Source of the DNA: an uncultured Peptostreptococcaceae bacterium
Lineage (GTDB): Bacteria > Bacillota > Clostridia > Peptostreptococcales > BM714
DNA: 64,000 nucleotides
NCBI GenBank assembly: GCA_964484935.1
Contig: CAZAFW010000001.1
Span: 69,351 to 133,350 of the forward strand
Reading direction: 5' to 3'
Below, one piece after another: positions 30,319 to 39,864 of this stretch (position 1 is its first letter; each line of letters opens with the position of its first letter). The position numbers and the translations under genes are program-made. The notes beneath the pieces are model-generated. The model worked only from the letters and a program-made list of their open reading frames with translations. It did no database searches and was not told where the DNA came from.

Positions 30319-31715
30319 TAGAACATTGTTTTATCGTCCAAAAATTGTTTCAATTCATCAATCGACATCCTCGTCTGGACCATTGTATCCCTGTCCCTTA
30401 CAGTCACTGAATTATCTTCAATTGTATCGAAATCTATCGTTATGCAATAAGGTGTTCCTATTTCGTCGTGCCGCCTGTATCTCTTTCCTATGCTTCCCGA
30501 TACATCATAGTCCACATTATGGTATTTTGAAAGTTCAATGTATACTTTTTCGGCTTTTTCACTCAGTTTTTTTGACAGCGGAAATATTGCCGCTTTGAAG
30601 GGGGACAGGAAGGGATGCAGTTTCATTACAACGCGATCGCTTCCATCTTCAAGTTGCTCCTCCTTGTATGCATCCAAAAGGAATGCCAAGGCAACACGGT
30701 CTGCTCCCAATGAAGGCTCTATGCAATACGGAATATATTTTTCATTTGTAACCGGATCCTGATATCTCATATCAACACCCGAATGCTCTATATGCTGCTT
30801 TAAATCATAATCTGTCCTGTCGGCAATGCCCCAAAGCTCTCCCCATCCAAACGGAAACCTGTATTCAAAATCCGTAGTGGCATTGCTGTAATGCGACAAT
30901 TCTTCTTTTTCATGGTCCCTGAGCCTTATGTTATCCATGTCCATTCCAAGTATTTCGAGCCAGTTCTTGCAGTATTGCTTCCAATAATCAAACCATTTCA
31001 AGTCTTCTCCCGGAGCACAGAAAAATTCAAGCTCCATCTGTTCAAATTCCCGTGTTCTGAACGTATAGTTGCCCGGGGTTATTTCGTTTCTGAAAGACTT
31101 TCCTATCTGTCCTATTCCAAACGGTATTTTTTTTCGTGAACTTCTTTGAATGCTTCTAAAATTCACGAATATGCCTTGCGCCGTTTCCGGGCGAAGATAT
31201 ATTTCTGCCATTGAATCCTCAACAACTCCTTGGAATGTCTTGAACATAAGATTGAATTGGCGGATTTCCGTAAAATCGCTGCTTCCGCAATCGGGACACT
31301 TGACGCCCTCATCGCGTATAAAATCCTCCATTTTGCTTTTTGCCCATCCATCGACGATTTCAGGCTCTTTTCCAGTTTCTGCAATATGGTCCTCTATGAG
31401 TTTGTCCGCCCTGAATCTTGATTTGCAATTTTTGCAATCCATAAGAGGATCGTTGAAACCTCCAACATGTCCCGAAGCAACCCATGTCTGAGGATTCATA
31501 AGTATCGCCGCATCCACACCCACATTATAAGGCGACTCTTGAATGAATTTTTTCCACCACGCCTTTTTAACATTGTTCTTGAATTCAACCCCCAACGGTC
31601 CATAATCCCATGTATTGGCCAATCCGCCGTAAATCTCCGATCCCGGGAAAATAAATCCCCTCGACTTTGACAAAGCCACAAGTTTTTCCATTTTGCTTTT
31701 TTCTTTTTTAGCCAT
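30318..31715 (-). CDS. glyS: Glycine--tRNA ligase, homodimeric (alpha2) type
   Basis: [51 protein letters not shown]. Start moved to MAKKEK; the track extension is T-box leader. Confidence 0.97.
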   Translation of the reverse strand: MAKKEKSKMEKLVALSKSRGFIFPGSEIYGGLANTWDYGPLGVEFKNNVKKAWWKKFIQESPYNVGVDAAILMNPQTWVASGHVGGFNDPLMDCKNCKSRFRADKLIEDHIAETGKEPEIVDGWAKSKMEDFIRDEGVKCPDCGSSDFTEIRQFNLMFKTFQGVVEDSMAEIYLRPETAQGIFVNFRSIQRSSRKKIPFGIGQIGKSFRNEITPGNYTFRTREFEQMELEFFCAPGEDLKWFDYWKQYCKNWLEILGMDMDNIRLRDHEKEELSHYSNATTDFEYRFPFGWGELWGIADRTDYDLKQHIEHSGVDMRYQDPVTNEKYIPYCIEPSLGADRVALAFLLDAYKEEQLEDGSDRVVMKLHPFLSPFKAAIFPLSKKLSEKAEKVYIELSKYHNVDYDVSGSIGKRYRRHDEIGTPYCITIDFDTIEDNSVTVRDRDTMVQTRMSIDELKQFLDDKTMF

Positions 31716-31731
31716 TTTACTCCTCCTTAAA

Positions 31732-31933
31732 AAATAAAAAACTCCCATCCCTTGCTCTTGGCAAGGGACGAAAGTCATTCCGCGGTTCCACCCTTTTTGG
31801 CATATCAATGCCCACTTCTTTATAATTGCTCAAAAGCGCCATCCTTTAACTTTGAATACCGGTTCTCAGCGCCACCGGCTCTCTTTGATTCTTGCATCAA
31901 GGACCTCTTCTTCATCGCACATGCTATTCATTT
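31732..31933 (-). promoter_or_regulatory. Glycine T-box riboswitch leader
   Basis: AGAGA bulge and GCTGAG loop of stem I, GGC specifier at 31840-31838, T-box AAGGGTGGAACCGCG at 31795-31781, terminator CATCCCTTGC/GCAAGGGATG plus T tract. No stem II, as is typical of Gly T-boxes. Confidence 0.95.
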
Positions 31934-31939
31934 AGATGA

Positions 31940-31968
31940 ATCTTATCACAATGAAAAGATTTTGTAAA
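31940..31968 (-). promoter_or_regulatory. SigA promoter of the glyS T-box leader
   Basis: TTTACA-17-TAAGAT with a TG extension. Confidence 0.7.
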
Positions 31969-31984
31969 CATCTTTTTAGGGACC

Positions 31985-32608
31985 CTATTCTTTTTCGTTT
32001 TCCTGTTTCTTGTTCATCTTCTCTTTGGCTTCACTTGCTTTTTCAACGGCTTTCTCTTTTGCCTCGCTTACTCTTTCAACAGCTTTATCTTTGGCTTCAT
32101 TTGCTTTTTCTTTAGCTTCATTCGCTCTTTCTTTTGCTTCGGCGGCTTTCTCTTTTGCCGATTGGCCGAATTCTTCAGCCATTCCCATGACCTTTTCCAT
32201 CTTTTCTTCGGTCACGTCATTTACATCAATGATCTCTCCGCTTTCCTTTTGGATTTCTATCTTGCAACCGGTCGCCAAAGACACTATTATTGCTGCTACA
32301 GTTGCAGGCGCAAATACAATTGCTCCTACAGCTCCAGCAGTTACCGGTATGTCGAGTATCAAGCGGTCTTCTTTTTTAAGCATTATCCTTGTTACATTTC
32401 CTTTTTTTACTAATTCTTTTAGTTTGTCTACTACTTCGTTCCCCTTTTCCTTTGCTGTGCTTCCGGTTTTTTTCTTTCTTCCTTCCTCCACCTTTATTAT
32501 CGCTTCCAGAACATCTCCCTCAGCCTCTTCAAGCGCTTCTTTTGCTTCTTTGTAGGTAGCCCCTGTCCTTTGTATAACCTCGTCCACATTTTCAATCGCA
32601 AATGACAT
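31985..32608 (-). CDS. DUF4342 protein with N-terminal UBA/NAC-like helix and C-terminal EAKEKA repeats
   Basis: VDEVIQRTGATYKEAKEALE, KLKELVKKGNVTRI, DIPVTAGAVG; usual neighbour of recO. Confidence 0.85.
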   Translation of the reverse strand: MSFAIENVDEVIQRTGATYKEAKEALEEAEGDVLEAIIKVEEGRKKKTGSTAKEKGNEVVDKLKELVKKGNVTRIMLKKEDRLILDIPVTAGAVGAIVFAPATVAAIIVSLATGCKIEIQKESGEIIDVNDVTEEKMEKVMGMAEEFGQSAKEKAAEAKERANEAKEKANEAKDKAVERVSEAKEKAVEKASEAKEKMNKKQENEKE

Positions 32609-32621
32609 TTTAAATCCTCCT

Positions 32622-33374
32622 TTATTTAATTGTTTTTAGGAATTCCAGACTCTTGAAAGATTTTATATCCATATGATACTTTATATACAATTCGAATATT
32701 TTATCCAAGTGCCTGACCATTCCTGCATTGATTTTGGTTTTGCAAATAACATCAATATCTTTTTCACTCAAGTACCTGATCAAATGTATAAACTGCTTGC
32801 TGAAAGCAATACCTCCCTGCTTATGCCACTTATCAGCACAGTCCTTGCAAATGACTCCTCCGTCCGCAATACTGAAAACAGTCAATGACTCTATATTATT
32901 TATTCCACATTTGAGGCACTTTGAAACTTCAGGTTTCAATCCTGAAAAATTCGACAGTTTAATTTCATATGCGAGCTTGATTTTATCCAAATCACAGCCT
33001 TCATGATTCATTTTTTCCAAGATCTCCACAGTCAGAGAAAACAGCCTGTTGTTCGTCATTCCTTCATGTATGGAATATCCGCACAATTCTAAAAAATACG
33101 ACGCATACGACAATTTTTTTAGATTATCTCTGATCGAATAATTTGAGTCGATTATTTCGGCGGATGAAATGCTGTATATGTCCGGTTTTCCCCTTAACAC
33201 AAATTCACCATATATGAATGGATGTGCGACTGATGAAATCATTGTCCTCGGCTTTCTCACACCTCTTGCATATGCACTTATTTTGCCCATTTTTTTAGAA
33301 AATAGGGTCAATATGGCGTCTGAATCATTATAGAATGTCTTTCTAAGCACTATTGCTTCTGTTTTTATGTACAT
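32622..33374 (-). CDS. recO: DNA repair protein RecO
   Basis: TEAIVLR, LFS..GKI...ARGVRK, C-x2-C...C-x2-C zinc site, position after era. Confidence 0.93.
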   Translation of the reverse strand: MYIKTEAIVLRKTFYNDSDAILTLFSKKMGKISAYARGVRKPRTMISSVAHPFIYGEFVLRGKPDIYSISSAEIIDSNYSIRDNLKKLSYASYFLELCGYSIHEGMTNNRLFSLTVEILEKMNHEGCDLDKIKLAYEIKLSNFSGLKPEVSKCLKCGINNIESLTVFSIADGGVICKDCADKWHKQGGIAFSKQFIHLIRYLSEKDIDVICKTKINAGMVRHLDKIFELYIKYHMDIKSFKSLEFLKTIK

Positions 33375-33388
33375 TTCAGCCTCATCCC

Positions 33389-34762
33389 TTAAAACAGGTT
33401 AAATTGGCTCATCAGAATTGTTGTCAATGTAAAGTATATTGAAATTCCGGTAATGTCTATTGTGGTTGAAATAAACGGCGCAGATGCAACTGCCGGGTCC
33501 ACTCCCACTCTTTTGAATATCAATGGGACTAGAGTTCCTATTGTCGCGGCGGTAATCATGTTTGCCCACATCGCAACTCCAACTATCAAGCTCAGAACCA
33601 TTTCTCCGTTTAAAACAAATGTCATTAAACCAACCAGCAGGCTGCATATCAAGCCTACTGAAAACCCTACAGAAAATTCATGCAAAACTATTTTTAAGAC
33701 TTCCTTGCTGTCTATTTGCCCCGTTGCTATTCCCCTTACGGTAAGTGTCGACGATTGGGTTCCCACATTCCCCCCCATGCCTGCAAGCAAAGGTATGAAA
33801 TACGCTATTGTGGTATTGCTGTTTAGCGTAGCTTCAAACCCTCCGATTATTTTTGCCGACAACAATCCTCCGAATACAGTCACTATAAGCCAAGGCAATC
33901 TTGAACTTACAGATGCTCCTATCCTTTTTTGGAAAGAGTCTTCAATCTTGTATTCGCCTTCAGTCGTTCCAGCGAACTTGTATATGTCCTCTGTCGCTTC
34001 TTCCTCTATGACGTCGATTATGTCGTCGACTGTGATTATCCCTTTTATTATTCCATTGTTTTCAACGACAGGAATGGCAATCAGGTTGTATTTGGCAACT
34101 ATTCTGGCAACTTCTTCCTGGTCAGTTCCGACGTTTACCTGTATTACCTGCTCCTTCATTATTTCTTCAACTATTTTGTTAGCTTTGGTCACAATCAATT
34201 CTCTGAGTGAGAGAACCCCAACCAACCGTTCCATATGGTCTACAACATACACGTAATAAACAGTTTCCGCTTCGGATGCCTGTACCCTGACTTCTTCAAT
34301 TGCCTGATAAACAGTAATGTCCTTTTTTACCGTTATGTAATCCTTTGTCATTATACCGCCGGCGGTATCTTCATCATAAACAAGCAATTCCTTAATCTCG
34401 GATGCCTCTTCGCGATTCAACAACGAAAGAAGTTCTTTTTGTTTATCGTCGTCAAGTGAAGCAATAAGGTCAACTACATCGTCCTGGCCCATTTCTTCAA
34501 GAATCATACGCTTTTGATCTTTTGTGAACGCGCTTAGCAAGCTGATAAAAACGGGAGTCTCTACTTCTTCAAAGACATCGCTTATTCTATCCCATGACAA
34601 AACACTTATGAGTTTCTTGCGGTTTTCCTCTTCGAGCTCCATTACTATTTCAACTATGTCGGCAGAATGAATCTCTTCCAGATATTCGTTTAATTCAACA
34701 AATTTGTTTTGATTCAATTTGTCAATGATTTTCAATATCACCATTTCCAATGTATCATCCAA
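33389..34762 (-). CDS. mgtE: Magnesium transporter MgtE
   Basis: HSADI, YDEDTAGGIM, CBS pair, RLPWL, GGNVGTQS, DPAVASAPFIST..D. Start moved to the TTG after GGAGGTG. Confidence 0.96.
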   Translation of the reverse strand: MDDTLEMVILKIIDKLNQNKFVELNEYLEEIHSADIVEIVMELEEENRKKLISVLSWDRISDVFEEVETPVFISLLSAFTKDQKRMILEEMGQDDVVDLIASLDDDKQKELLSLLNREEASEIKELLVYDEDTAGGIMTKDYITVKKDITVYQAIEEVRVQASEAETVYYVYVVDHMERLVGVLSLRELIVTKANKIVEEIMKEQVIQVNVGTDQEEVARIVAKYNLIAIPVVENNGIIKGIITVDDIIDVIEEEATEDIYKFAGTTEGEYKIEDSFQKRIGASVSSRLPWLIVTVFGGLLSAKIIGGFEATLNSNTTIAYFIPLLAGMGGNVGTQSSTLTVRGIATGQIDSKEVLKIVLHEFSVGFSVGLICSLLVGLMTFVLNGEMVLSLIVGVAMWANMITAATIGTLVPLIFKRVGVDPAVASAPFISTTIDITGISIYFTLTTILMSQFNLF

Positions 34763-34776
34763 TTGCTTCACCTCCT

Positions 34777-35673
34777 CTATTTGTATCCGAATTGGTTGAG
34801 CAGACTGTCCCTGTCCCTCCATTCTTCCTTTATCTTGACCCATATCTCCAGGAAGACTTTGTTTCCCAATAAATTTTCAATTTCTTTACGGGATTCTATT
34901 CCAACCCTTTTGAGCACTTTGCCTTTCTTTCCAATTATTATACCCTTGTGGGATTTCTTTTCACAATATATTGTCGCATATACATCTGTGATTTCGGCAT
35001 CTTTTCTTTTCGACATTTTTTCAATTCCGACAGCAATTCCGTGGGGAACTTCATCATATAGAATGTTGAGCAATTTTTCCCTTATTATCTCTGAAACAAG
35101 AAATCTCTCTGGCTGGTCGGTAACCATATCTTCAGGAAAATACTTGGGCCCCTCCATCATGTAAGAGCCGATTGCATCTGTCAATTGCTTCAGGTTCATT
35201 TGATTTTTTGCCGATATTCCTATGATTTCGTCGAAAACATCCATCTTGCCATATTTTTCATGAAGCCTCTTGAATTCCTCCGGATTTATCAGATCAAGCT
35301 TGTTTACCACCAGCATGACCGGCGTCCTTACCTCTTTGAGGGATTCAATTATGTGCATGTCACCCGGACCGATGCTTTTTGAATCATCGACCATCAGCAA
35401 AATCAAATCAACCTCGTTGTATGTCGTCTTGGCGGAGCGAACCATGAATTCTCCCAATTTATTTTTGGGCTTGTGTATTCCCGGAGTATCTATGAAGACT
35501 ATTTGTTTTTCCTCATCAGTATAAACCGCACTTATTCTATTTCTTGTCGTTTGTGGCTTATTTGATATTATTGCGACCTTTTCTCCGACCAAGGCATTTA
35601 CCAATGTTGACTTGCCCACATTTGGTCGGCCTATTATAGTCACAAATCCAGATTTGAATTTTGGTGCTGCCAT
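34777..35673 (-). CDS. era: GTPase Era
   Basis: [27 protein letters not shown] domain IIIGKKG. Confidence 0.98.
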   Translation of the reverse strand: MAAPKFKSGFVTIIGRPNVGKSTLVNALVGEKVAIISNKPQTTRNRISAVYTDEEKQIVFIDTPGIHKPKNKLGEFMVRSAKTTYNEVDLILLMVDDSKSIGPGDMHIIESLKEVRTPVMLVVNKLDLINPEEFKRLHEKYGKMDVFDEIIGISAKNQMNLKQLTDAIGSYMMEGPKYFPEDMVTDQPERFLVSEIIREKLLNILYDEVPHGIAVGIEKMSKRKDAEITDVYATIYCEKKSHKGIIIGKKGKVLKRVGIESRKEIENLLGNKVFLEIWVKIKEEWRDRDSLLNQFGYK

Positions 35674-35675
35674 AA

Positions 35676-36092
35676 CTAAAAGTCCTCCCCTGTAAATCCA
35701 AAAGGCAATAATTCTTCTATTGCAAATATTTTATAGTCCTCAGGTGTCTTTGCAACAATAATTTTTATATTTTTGCCAAATTCAATAATAAATTGTCTGC
35801 ATATTCCGCAAGGATAAGTATATGAACCTTTTTTCCCTACAACTGCCAAAGCGGTAAAATTTCTGAATCCGTTGCTGATTGCCTTAACTAAAGCAGTGCG
35901 TTCTGCACAAATTGTCGCTCCATAAGAAGCGTTTTCAATGTTGCATCCTGTAAAAACTTTTCCGTCATCTGTAAGCAGAGCAGCCCCCACCTTGAAGTTC
36001 GAATACGGCGTATATGCGCCTTCCCTTGCCTCAATAGCAATTTCAATCAATCTTTTGCATTCGTTCCGGTCCAATTCACACACTCCCTTCAA
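35676..36092 (-). CDS. cdd: Cytidine deaminase
   Basis: AYTPYSNFKVGAA, GCNIENASY, CAER, PCGICRQ. Confidence 0.97.
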   Translation of the reverse strand: MKGVCELDRNECKRLIEIAIEAREGAYTPYSNFKVGAALLTDDGKVFTGCNIENASYGATICAERTALVKAISNGFRNFTALAVVGKKGSYTYPCGICRQFIIEFGKNIKIIVAKTPEDYKIFAIEELLPFGFTGEDF

Positions 36093-37165
36093 CTGTTGAT
36101 TTTAATTTCCAAATCCATTGGTACAATTACAATCCATGTTTTGCCTGGATTCAGCAACAGTTCTTCCCCGTTCACAGTATAGACGGTTTTAGCCCGCCTG
36201 TCTTCTTTTTCCCATTCGATATCAATTCTTTTTCCCGATGTTATATAATAGCCGGATCCTTTGCCAACGGTTTCAACATCGAGCCTGCCCTCACTGTCTA
36301 TTACCTTTGTCTTCATTTTTAACACAATTATGTTTTTAGCAACGACAGCCTCAGAACTGAACTCCTCAAGCTGGGGGACCCCTTTGACAAACCTCTCGTA
36401 AAATTCATGTTCCTCATTGTATATGAACGAAGGGTTATAGTATCTGCTAAATCCGAAACTTATGCTTTCAAGATTTTCAACATAAGCAAACGGTTGTTTT
36501 TCTTGGCTGAAAGATGCAAATTCAATATCAAAATCCTTTCTGTAGCCGCTTCTGTCCGCCGCGGCCCGCAGCGCCTTGGTGCTTGTGTACATGTTGTGGG
36601 GTATTTTTTTATGGTTCACTCTCCAAAATGTATCATTCCCCCTGTTCATTCCGTCTATGTCAGCCATATTGAAATCATCTATATCGGAAAGTGCCGCCAA
36701 ACTGCCTCCCACATGAACATACAAGGCGTCAAATTCCAAAGCTTTGTCGATAAAATAAGGCCTCGCGCTTCTTACAGGTCCGATTGAATTCATGTCCGCT
36801 TCTTGAATAATAGCCATATATCTTGTTATATTGCCTTCTGCAAGGATTTCGAACACAACTTCAGCCTGCGACAATCCGGATTGCGGACGCGCTCCTATGT
36901 GGTTGTCAAGCATCACTGCAATAGGGCGTTTTCCTAGAACATCTTCTTCCACAGGCAAGCCCGTCAAGTCCGAACGAAAAAGAGACTTCTCTTCGGGTTC
37001 CTGGATCGGTTCTTCATCCATCGCTTCTTCATTGACAACTTCCTCCGGCGACACTTCAACCTTATCCTCTGGATCAAGTGTTTCCTCCTTTACGCAAGAC
37101 GTCGCAATTACAGCGATAATGCATATGAATAATATAAATCTCAATTTGCCTTTCAATGCGCTCAC
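36089..37165 (-). CDS. DUF3048 family lipoprotein
   Basis: Lipobox IATS-C, RPIAVMLDNH..ARPQSGL, EGNITR, GPVRSARPY, PHNMY. Confidence 0.88.
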   Translation of the reverse strand: MSALKGKLRFILFICIIAVIATSCVKEETLDPEDKVEVSPEEVVNEEAMDEEPIQEPEEKSLFRSDLTGLPVEEDVLGKRPIAVMLDNHIGARPQSGLSQAEVVFEILAEGNITRYMAIIQEADMNSIGPVRSARPYFIDKALEFDALYVHVGGSLAALSDIDDFNMADIDGMNRGNDTFWRVNHKKIPHNMYTSTKALRAAADRSGYRKDFDIEFASFSQEKQPFAYVENLESISFGFSRYYNPSFIYNEEHEFYERFVKGVPQLEEFSSEAVVAKNIIVLKMKTKVIDSEGRLDVETVGKGSGYYITSGKRIDIEWEKEDRRAKTVYTVNGEELLLNPGKTWIVIVPMDLEIKINS

Positions 37166-37169
37166 CCCT

Positions 37170-37643
37170 CTATCTCTCTATTCCCATGCGCTTCATTATG
37201 CTCTTTTCTTTTTCCCTCATTGTTATTTTTTCATCTTCGCTCATATGGTCATATCCAAGCAGATGCAATGTGCTGTGAACCGCGAGATATGAAACTTCCC
37301 TTTCCGTTCCGTGTTCAAATTGCTCTCCCTGAGACTTGGCTTTTTCAAGCGATATTACTATGTCTCCAAGAATCACAGGAATTTCCGAAGCCTTCTGCTC
37401 CAGTATTTCTTCCTTGCAGGCATACATGGGGAAAGACAATACATCTGTTTCTTTGTCGATATTCCTGTGTTCTCTGTTTAAGGCTCTTATGGCTTCGTTG
37501 TCAACCAAAAGAACGTCAACCTCGTCGATAAAATCCACTCCTTCATAATCAAGTGTTTCTTTGACCGAAACACTTATCAGCTTTTTCAAAGATTCACCGA
37601 ATACTATCTTTTCCTGGCTGTTTTCTATTGCTACATCCAACAA
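37170..37643 (-). CDS. ybeY: rRNA maturation endoribonuclease YbeY
   Basis: LNREHR, TDVLSFP, LGDIVIS, HSTLHLLGYDH. Start moved to the TTG after AGGTG. Confidence 0.96.
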   Translation of the reverse strand: MLDVAIENSQEKIVFGESLKKLISVSVKETLDYEGVDFIDEVDVLLVDNEAIRALNREHRNIDKETDVLSFPMYACKEEILEQKASEIPVILGDIVISLEKAKSQGEQFEHGTEREVSYLAVHSTLHLLGYDHMSEDEKITMREKEKSIMKRMGIER

Positions 37644-37647
37644 AATA

Positions 37648-38634
37648 TCACCTGCTTTTTTTATATTCCATCCGTTTTTCGTATTTGTCATAAGCTTTTA
37701 TTATCTTTTGAACCAATTTATGCCTTACAACATCCCTGCCTGTAAGATTAACAAACCCGATTCCCGGTATCTCCCCAAGAATTTCCGAAGCCTGCTTAAG
37801 GCCCGAAGCCTTCCCCTGCGGCAAATCTATCTGTGTAACGTCCCCAGTCACGATAGTCTTAGAGCTGAATCCTATCCTCGTAAGAAACATTTTCATTTGC
37901 GCCTGCGTAGTGTTTTGCGCTTCATCCAGTATTATGAATGAATCGTCCAATGTTCTTCCTCGCATATAAGCAAGAGGCGCCACTTCAATCAACCCTCTCT
38001 CTTTGTATTTCAAATATGTCTCGCTGCCCAAAATATCATAGAGAGCATCATACAATGGTCTCAGGTAAGGATCTATCTTCATTTGCAGATCGCCCGGCAG
38101 AAATCCCAAACTCTCTCCTGCTTCAACGGCCGGCCTTGTCAATATTATTCTGCTTACCCTTTTATTTTTAAAAGAATGGACCGCCATAGCAACCGCCAAG
38201 TAGGTCTTCCCTGTTCCTGCCGGACCAATGCTGAATACTATGTCATGCTTGTTTACTTGATCAATGTATTTTTTTTGTCCCAGCGTCTTGGGTTTAATGA
38301 ATTTGCCTCTGTTTGTAACACAAATAATATCTTCAGAAAGATTTGACAATGTTATATTCTCATCATCCCTTATAAGGTTGAGAGCATAATTTATCTTTTG
38401 CCTGTCGATTGTTTCACCCTTTTCAATCAATTCAATCAAGGCATTGAGAAGCTTGAAGGCCGTATCCGTTTTCTGCTCGTCGTCACTGTTGACTGCTATT
38501 TCATCGTTTCTAAGGGTGATTTCTGTCCCGGTTAAAGATTCAATTTCCTTTATGTTGTTGTCCAGGTCCCCAAATAGCTGAGCCTGGAATTTTCCATTGT
38601 CAAATTGTATGTTTCTAATGTATCCGCTTTCCAA
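37648..38634 (-). CDS. phoH: PhoH family ATPase
   Basis: GPAGTGKTYLA, TRPAVEAGE.LGFLPG, YMRGRT, DEAQN, GDVTQIDL. Confidence 0.96.
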   Translation of the reverse strand: MESGYIRNIQFDNGKFQAQLFGDLDNNIKEIESLTGTEITLRNDEIAVNSDDEQKTDTAFKLLNALIELIEKGETIDRQKINYALNLIRDDENITLSNLSEDIICVTNRGKFIKPKTLGQKKYIDQVNKHDIVFSIGPAGTGKTYLAVAMAVHSFKNKRVSRIILTRPAVEAGESLGFLPGDLQMKIDPYLRPLYDALYDILGSETYLKYKERGLIEVAPLAYMRGRTLDDSFIILDEAQNTTQAQMKMFLTRIGFSSKTIVTGDVTQIDLPQGKASGLKQASEILGEIPGIGFVNLTGRDVVRHKLVQKIIKAYDKYEKRMEYKKSR

Positions 38635-38718
38635 ATCAATCCCCGCCTTCTTTTAGTCTTACATTTCATTATATAATAATATCATTGTTTTTTATATATC
38701 GATATTTCGATAAAAAAT

Positions 38719-38744
38719 AAATAGACTCCCAAGGGAGTCTATTT
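38719..38744 (-). terminator. Intrinsic terminator after yqeY
   Basis: AAATAGACTCCC-AA-GGGAGTCTATTT followed by a T tract on the minus strand. Confidence 0.85.
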
Positions 38745-38751
38745 TGTTACG

Positions 38752-39195
38752 CTATGACAACAGGGCTTTGACAATATCCGATGCCGTCTTTCCATCTGCC
38801 TTGCCTTTTATTATGGGGCTTACAGCTCCCATAACCTTGCCCATGTCTTTCATGGATTCAGCCTTCAGCTCGGTTATGGCGTTTCCAATGATTTCCTTTA
38901 ACTCTTCTTCTGTGAGCTGCTTGGGAAGATACTTCATAAGAACTTCCATCTCAGCTTCAGCTTCCTGAACCAAATCTTCTCTGCCGCCTTTTCTAAACTC
39001 AAGGATTGCAGATTTTTTTTGCTTTATCTGCTTGGAGATAAGATCGATTATGCCATCCTCTGTTATTTCTTTTCTTTTGTCAACCTCAAATCGCTTTATA
39101 TCAGCTCTCAAAAGAGTGATTGTCGCTTTTCGGAGTCGATCTTTTTCTTTCATGGCAGTTTTCATATCGTCCATGAGTTGCTTTTTCAGTGACAC
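38752..39195 (-). CDS. yqeY: GatB/YqeY domain protein
   Basis: MSLKKQLMDDMKTAMK, YLPKQL, KDMGKVMG, KADG. Confidence 0.93.
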   Translation of the reverse strand: MSLKKQLMDDMKTAMKEKDRLRKATITLLRADIKRFEVDKRKEITEDGIIDLISKQIKQKKSAILEFRKGGREDLVQEAEAEMEVLMKYLPKQLTEEELKEIIGNAITELKAESMKDMGKVMGAVSPIIKGKADGKTASDIVKALLS

Positions 39196-39213
39196 AAATG
39201 TACACCTTCTTTA

Positions 39214-39390
39214 TTATTTCTTTTTCTTTCTTCTTGCTGCTTCAGCCTTTTTCTTGCGTTTTACGCTTGGCTTTTCATAATGCTCTCTTTTTCGGACTTC
39301 CTGAAGAACGCCGGATTTGGCGCATTCCTTCTTGAATCTTCTGAGCGCATTGTCAAGGGTTTCATTTTCCCCCAATAAGACTTGAGACAT
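39214..39390 (-). CDS. rpsU: 30S ribosomal protein S21 (58 aa, below the ORF-track cutoff)
   Basis: Manual translation [58 protein letters not shown]; SD GGAGGGAGG. Confidence 0.97.
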   Translation of the reverse strand: MSQVLLGENETLDNALRRFKKECAKSGVLQEVRKREHYEKPSVKRKKKAEAARRKKKK

Positions 39391-39441
39391 TAAACATCCC
39401 TCCCTCCGATGATAAATGAGGACTAACTATAGCACTTAAAA

Positions 39442-39470
39442 ATTATACATCAAATCCTCTTATATTGCAA
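39442..39470 (-). promoter_or_regulatory. SigA promoter of rpsU-yqeY
   Basis: TTGCAA-17-TATAAT. Confidence 0.8.
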
Positions 39471-39476
39471 TTGTTT

Positions 39477-39821
39477 TTAACCCGGAGGCCATTTCATCGG
39501 TCTTCCGCCTATCATGTGCATATGCAAATGACCAACTTCCTGTCCGGCTTCTTTCCCATTGTTTATCACCAGCCTGTAGCCATCGTCTTTTATAGAAAGG
39601 CTTTCGGCAATATTCTTGGCGGCTAAAGCCATATCTTGAACCAAGCAAGCATTCTGCCCGTTTAAATCATTCACCGATTCAAAATGTTCTTTTGGTATAA
39701 TGAGAACATGCACCGGAGCTACCGGTTTCAAGTCGTTGAAAGCCACAACATTATCGCTTTCAAACACAAAATCAGTCGGTATTTCCCCTTTTGCAATTTT
39801 GCAAAAGATACAATCATCCAT
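39477..39821 (-). CDS. HIT-family nucleotide hydrolase (HinT-like)
   Basis: DCIFCKI, PVAPVHVLIIPK, GQEVGHLHMH. Confidence 0.95.
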   Translation of the reverse strand: MDDCIFCKIAKGEIPTDFVFESDNVVAFNDLKPVAPVHVLIIPKEHFESVNDLNGQNACLVQDMALAAKNIAESLSIKDDGYRLVINNGKEAGQEVGHLHMHMIGGRPMKWPPG

Positions 39822-39864
39822 CTTTACACCCCCTTTTAACCATTATATCAAATTAACCTCAAGT

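Noticed and set aside
31716-31808. N-terminal extensions in the ORF track (glyS; also prmA, mgtE, hrcA, holA, ybeY, dnaJ, hemW)
   Set aside because: They are longest-ORF artefacts running into leaders or upstream genes; SD-supported starts lie downstream.
32010-32555. 181-aa Ser/Ala/Phe/Leu-rich plus-strand ORF
   Set aside because: Reverse complement of the EAKEKA repeats of the DUF4342 gene.
33453-34256. 267-aa plus-strand ORF
   Set aside because: It is the antisense shadow of mgtE, has no SD, and its composition mirrors the sense codons.
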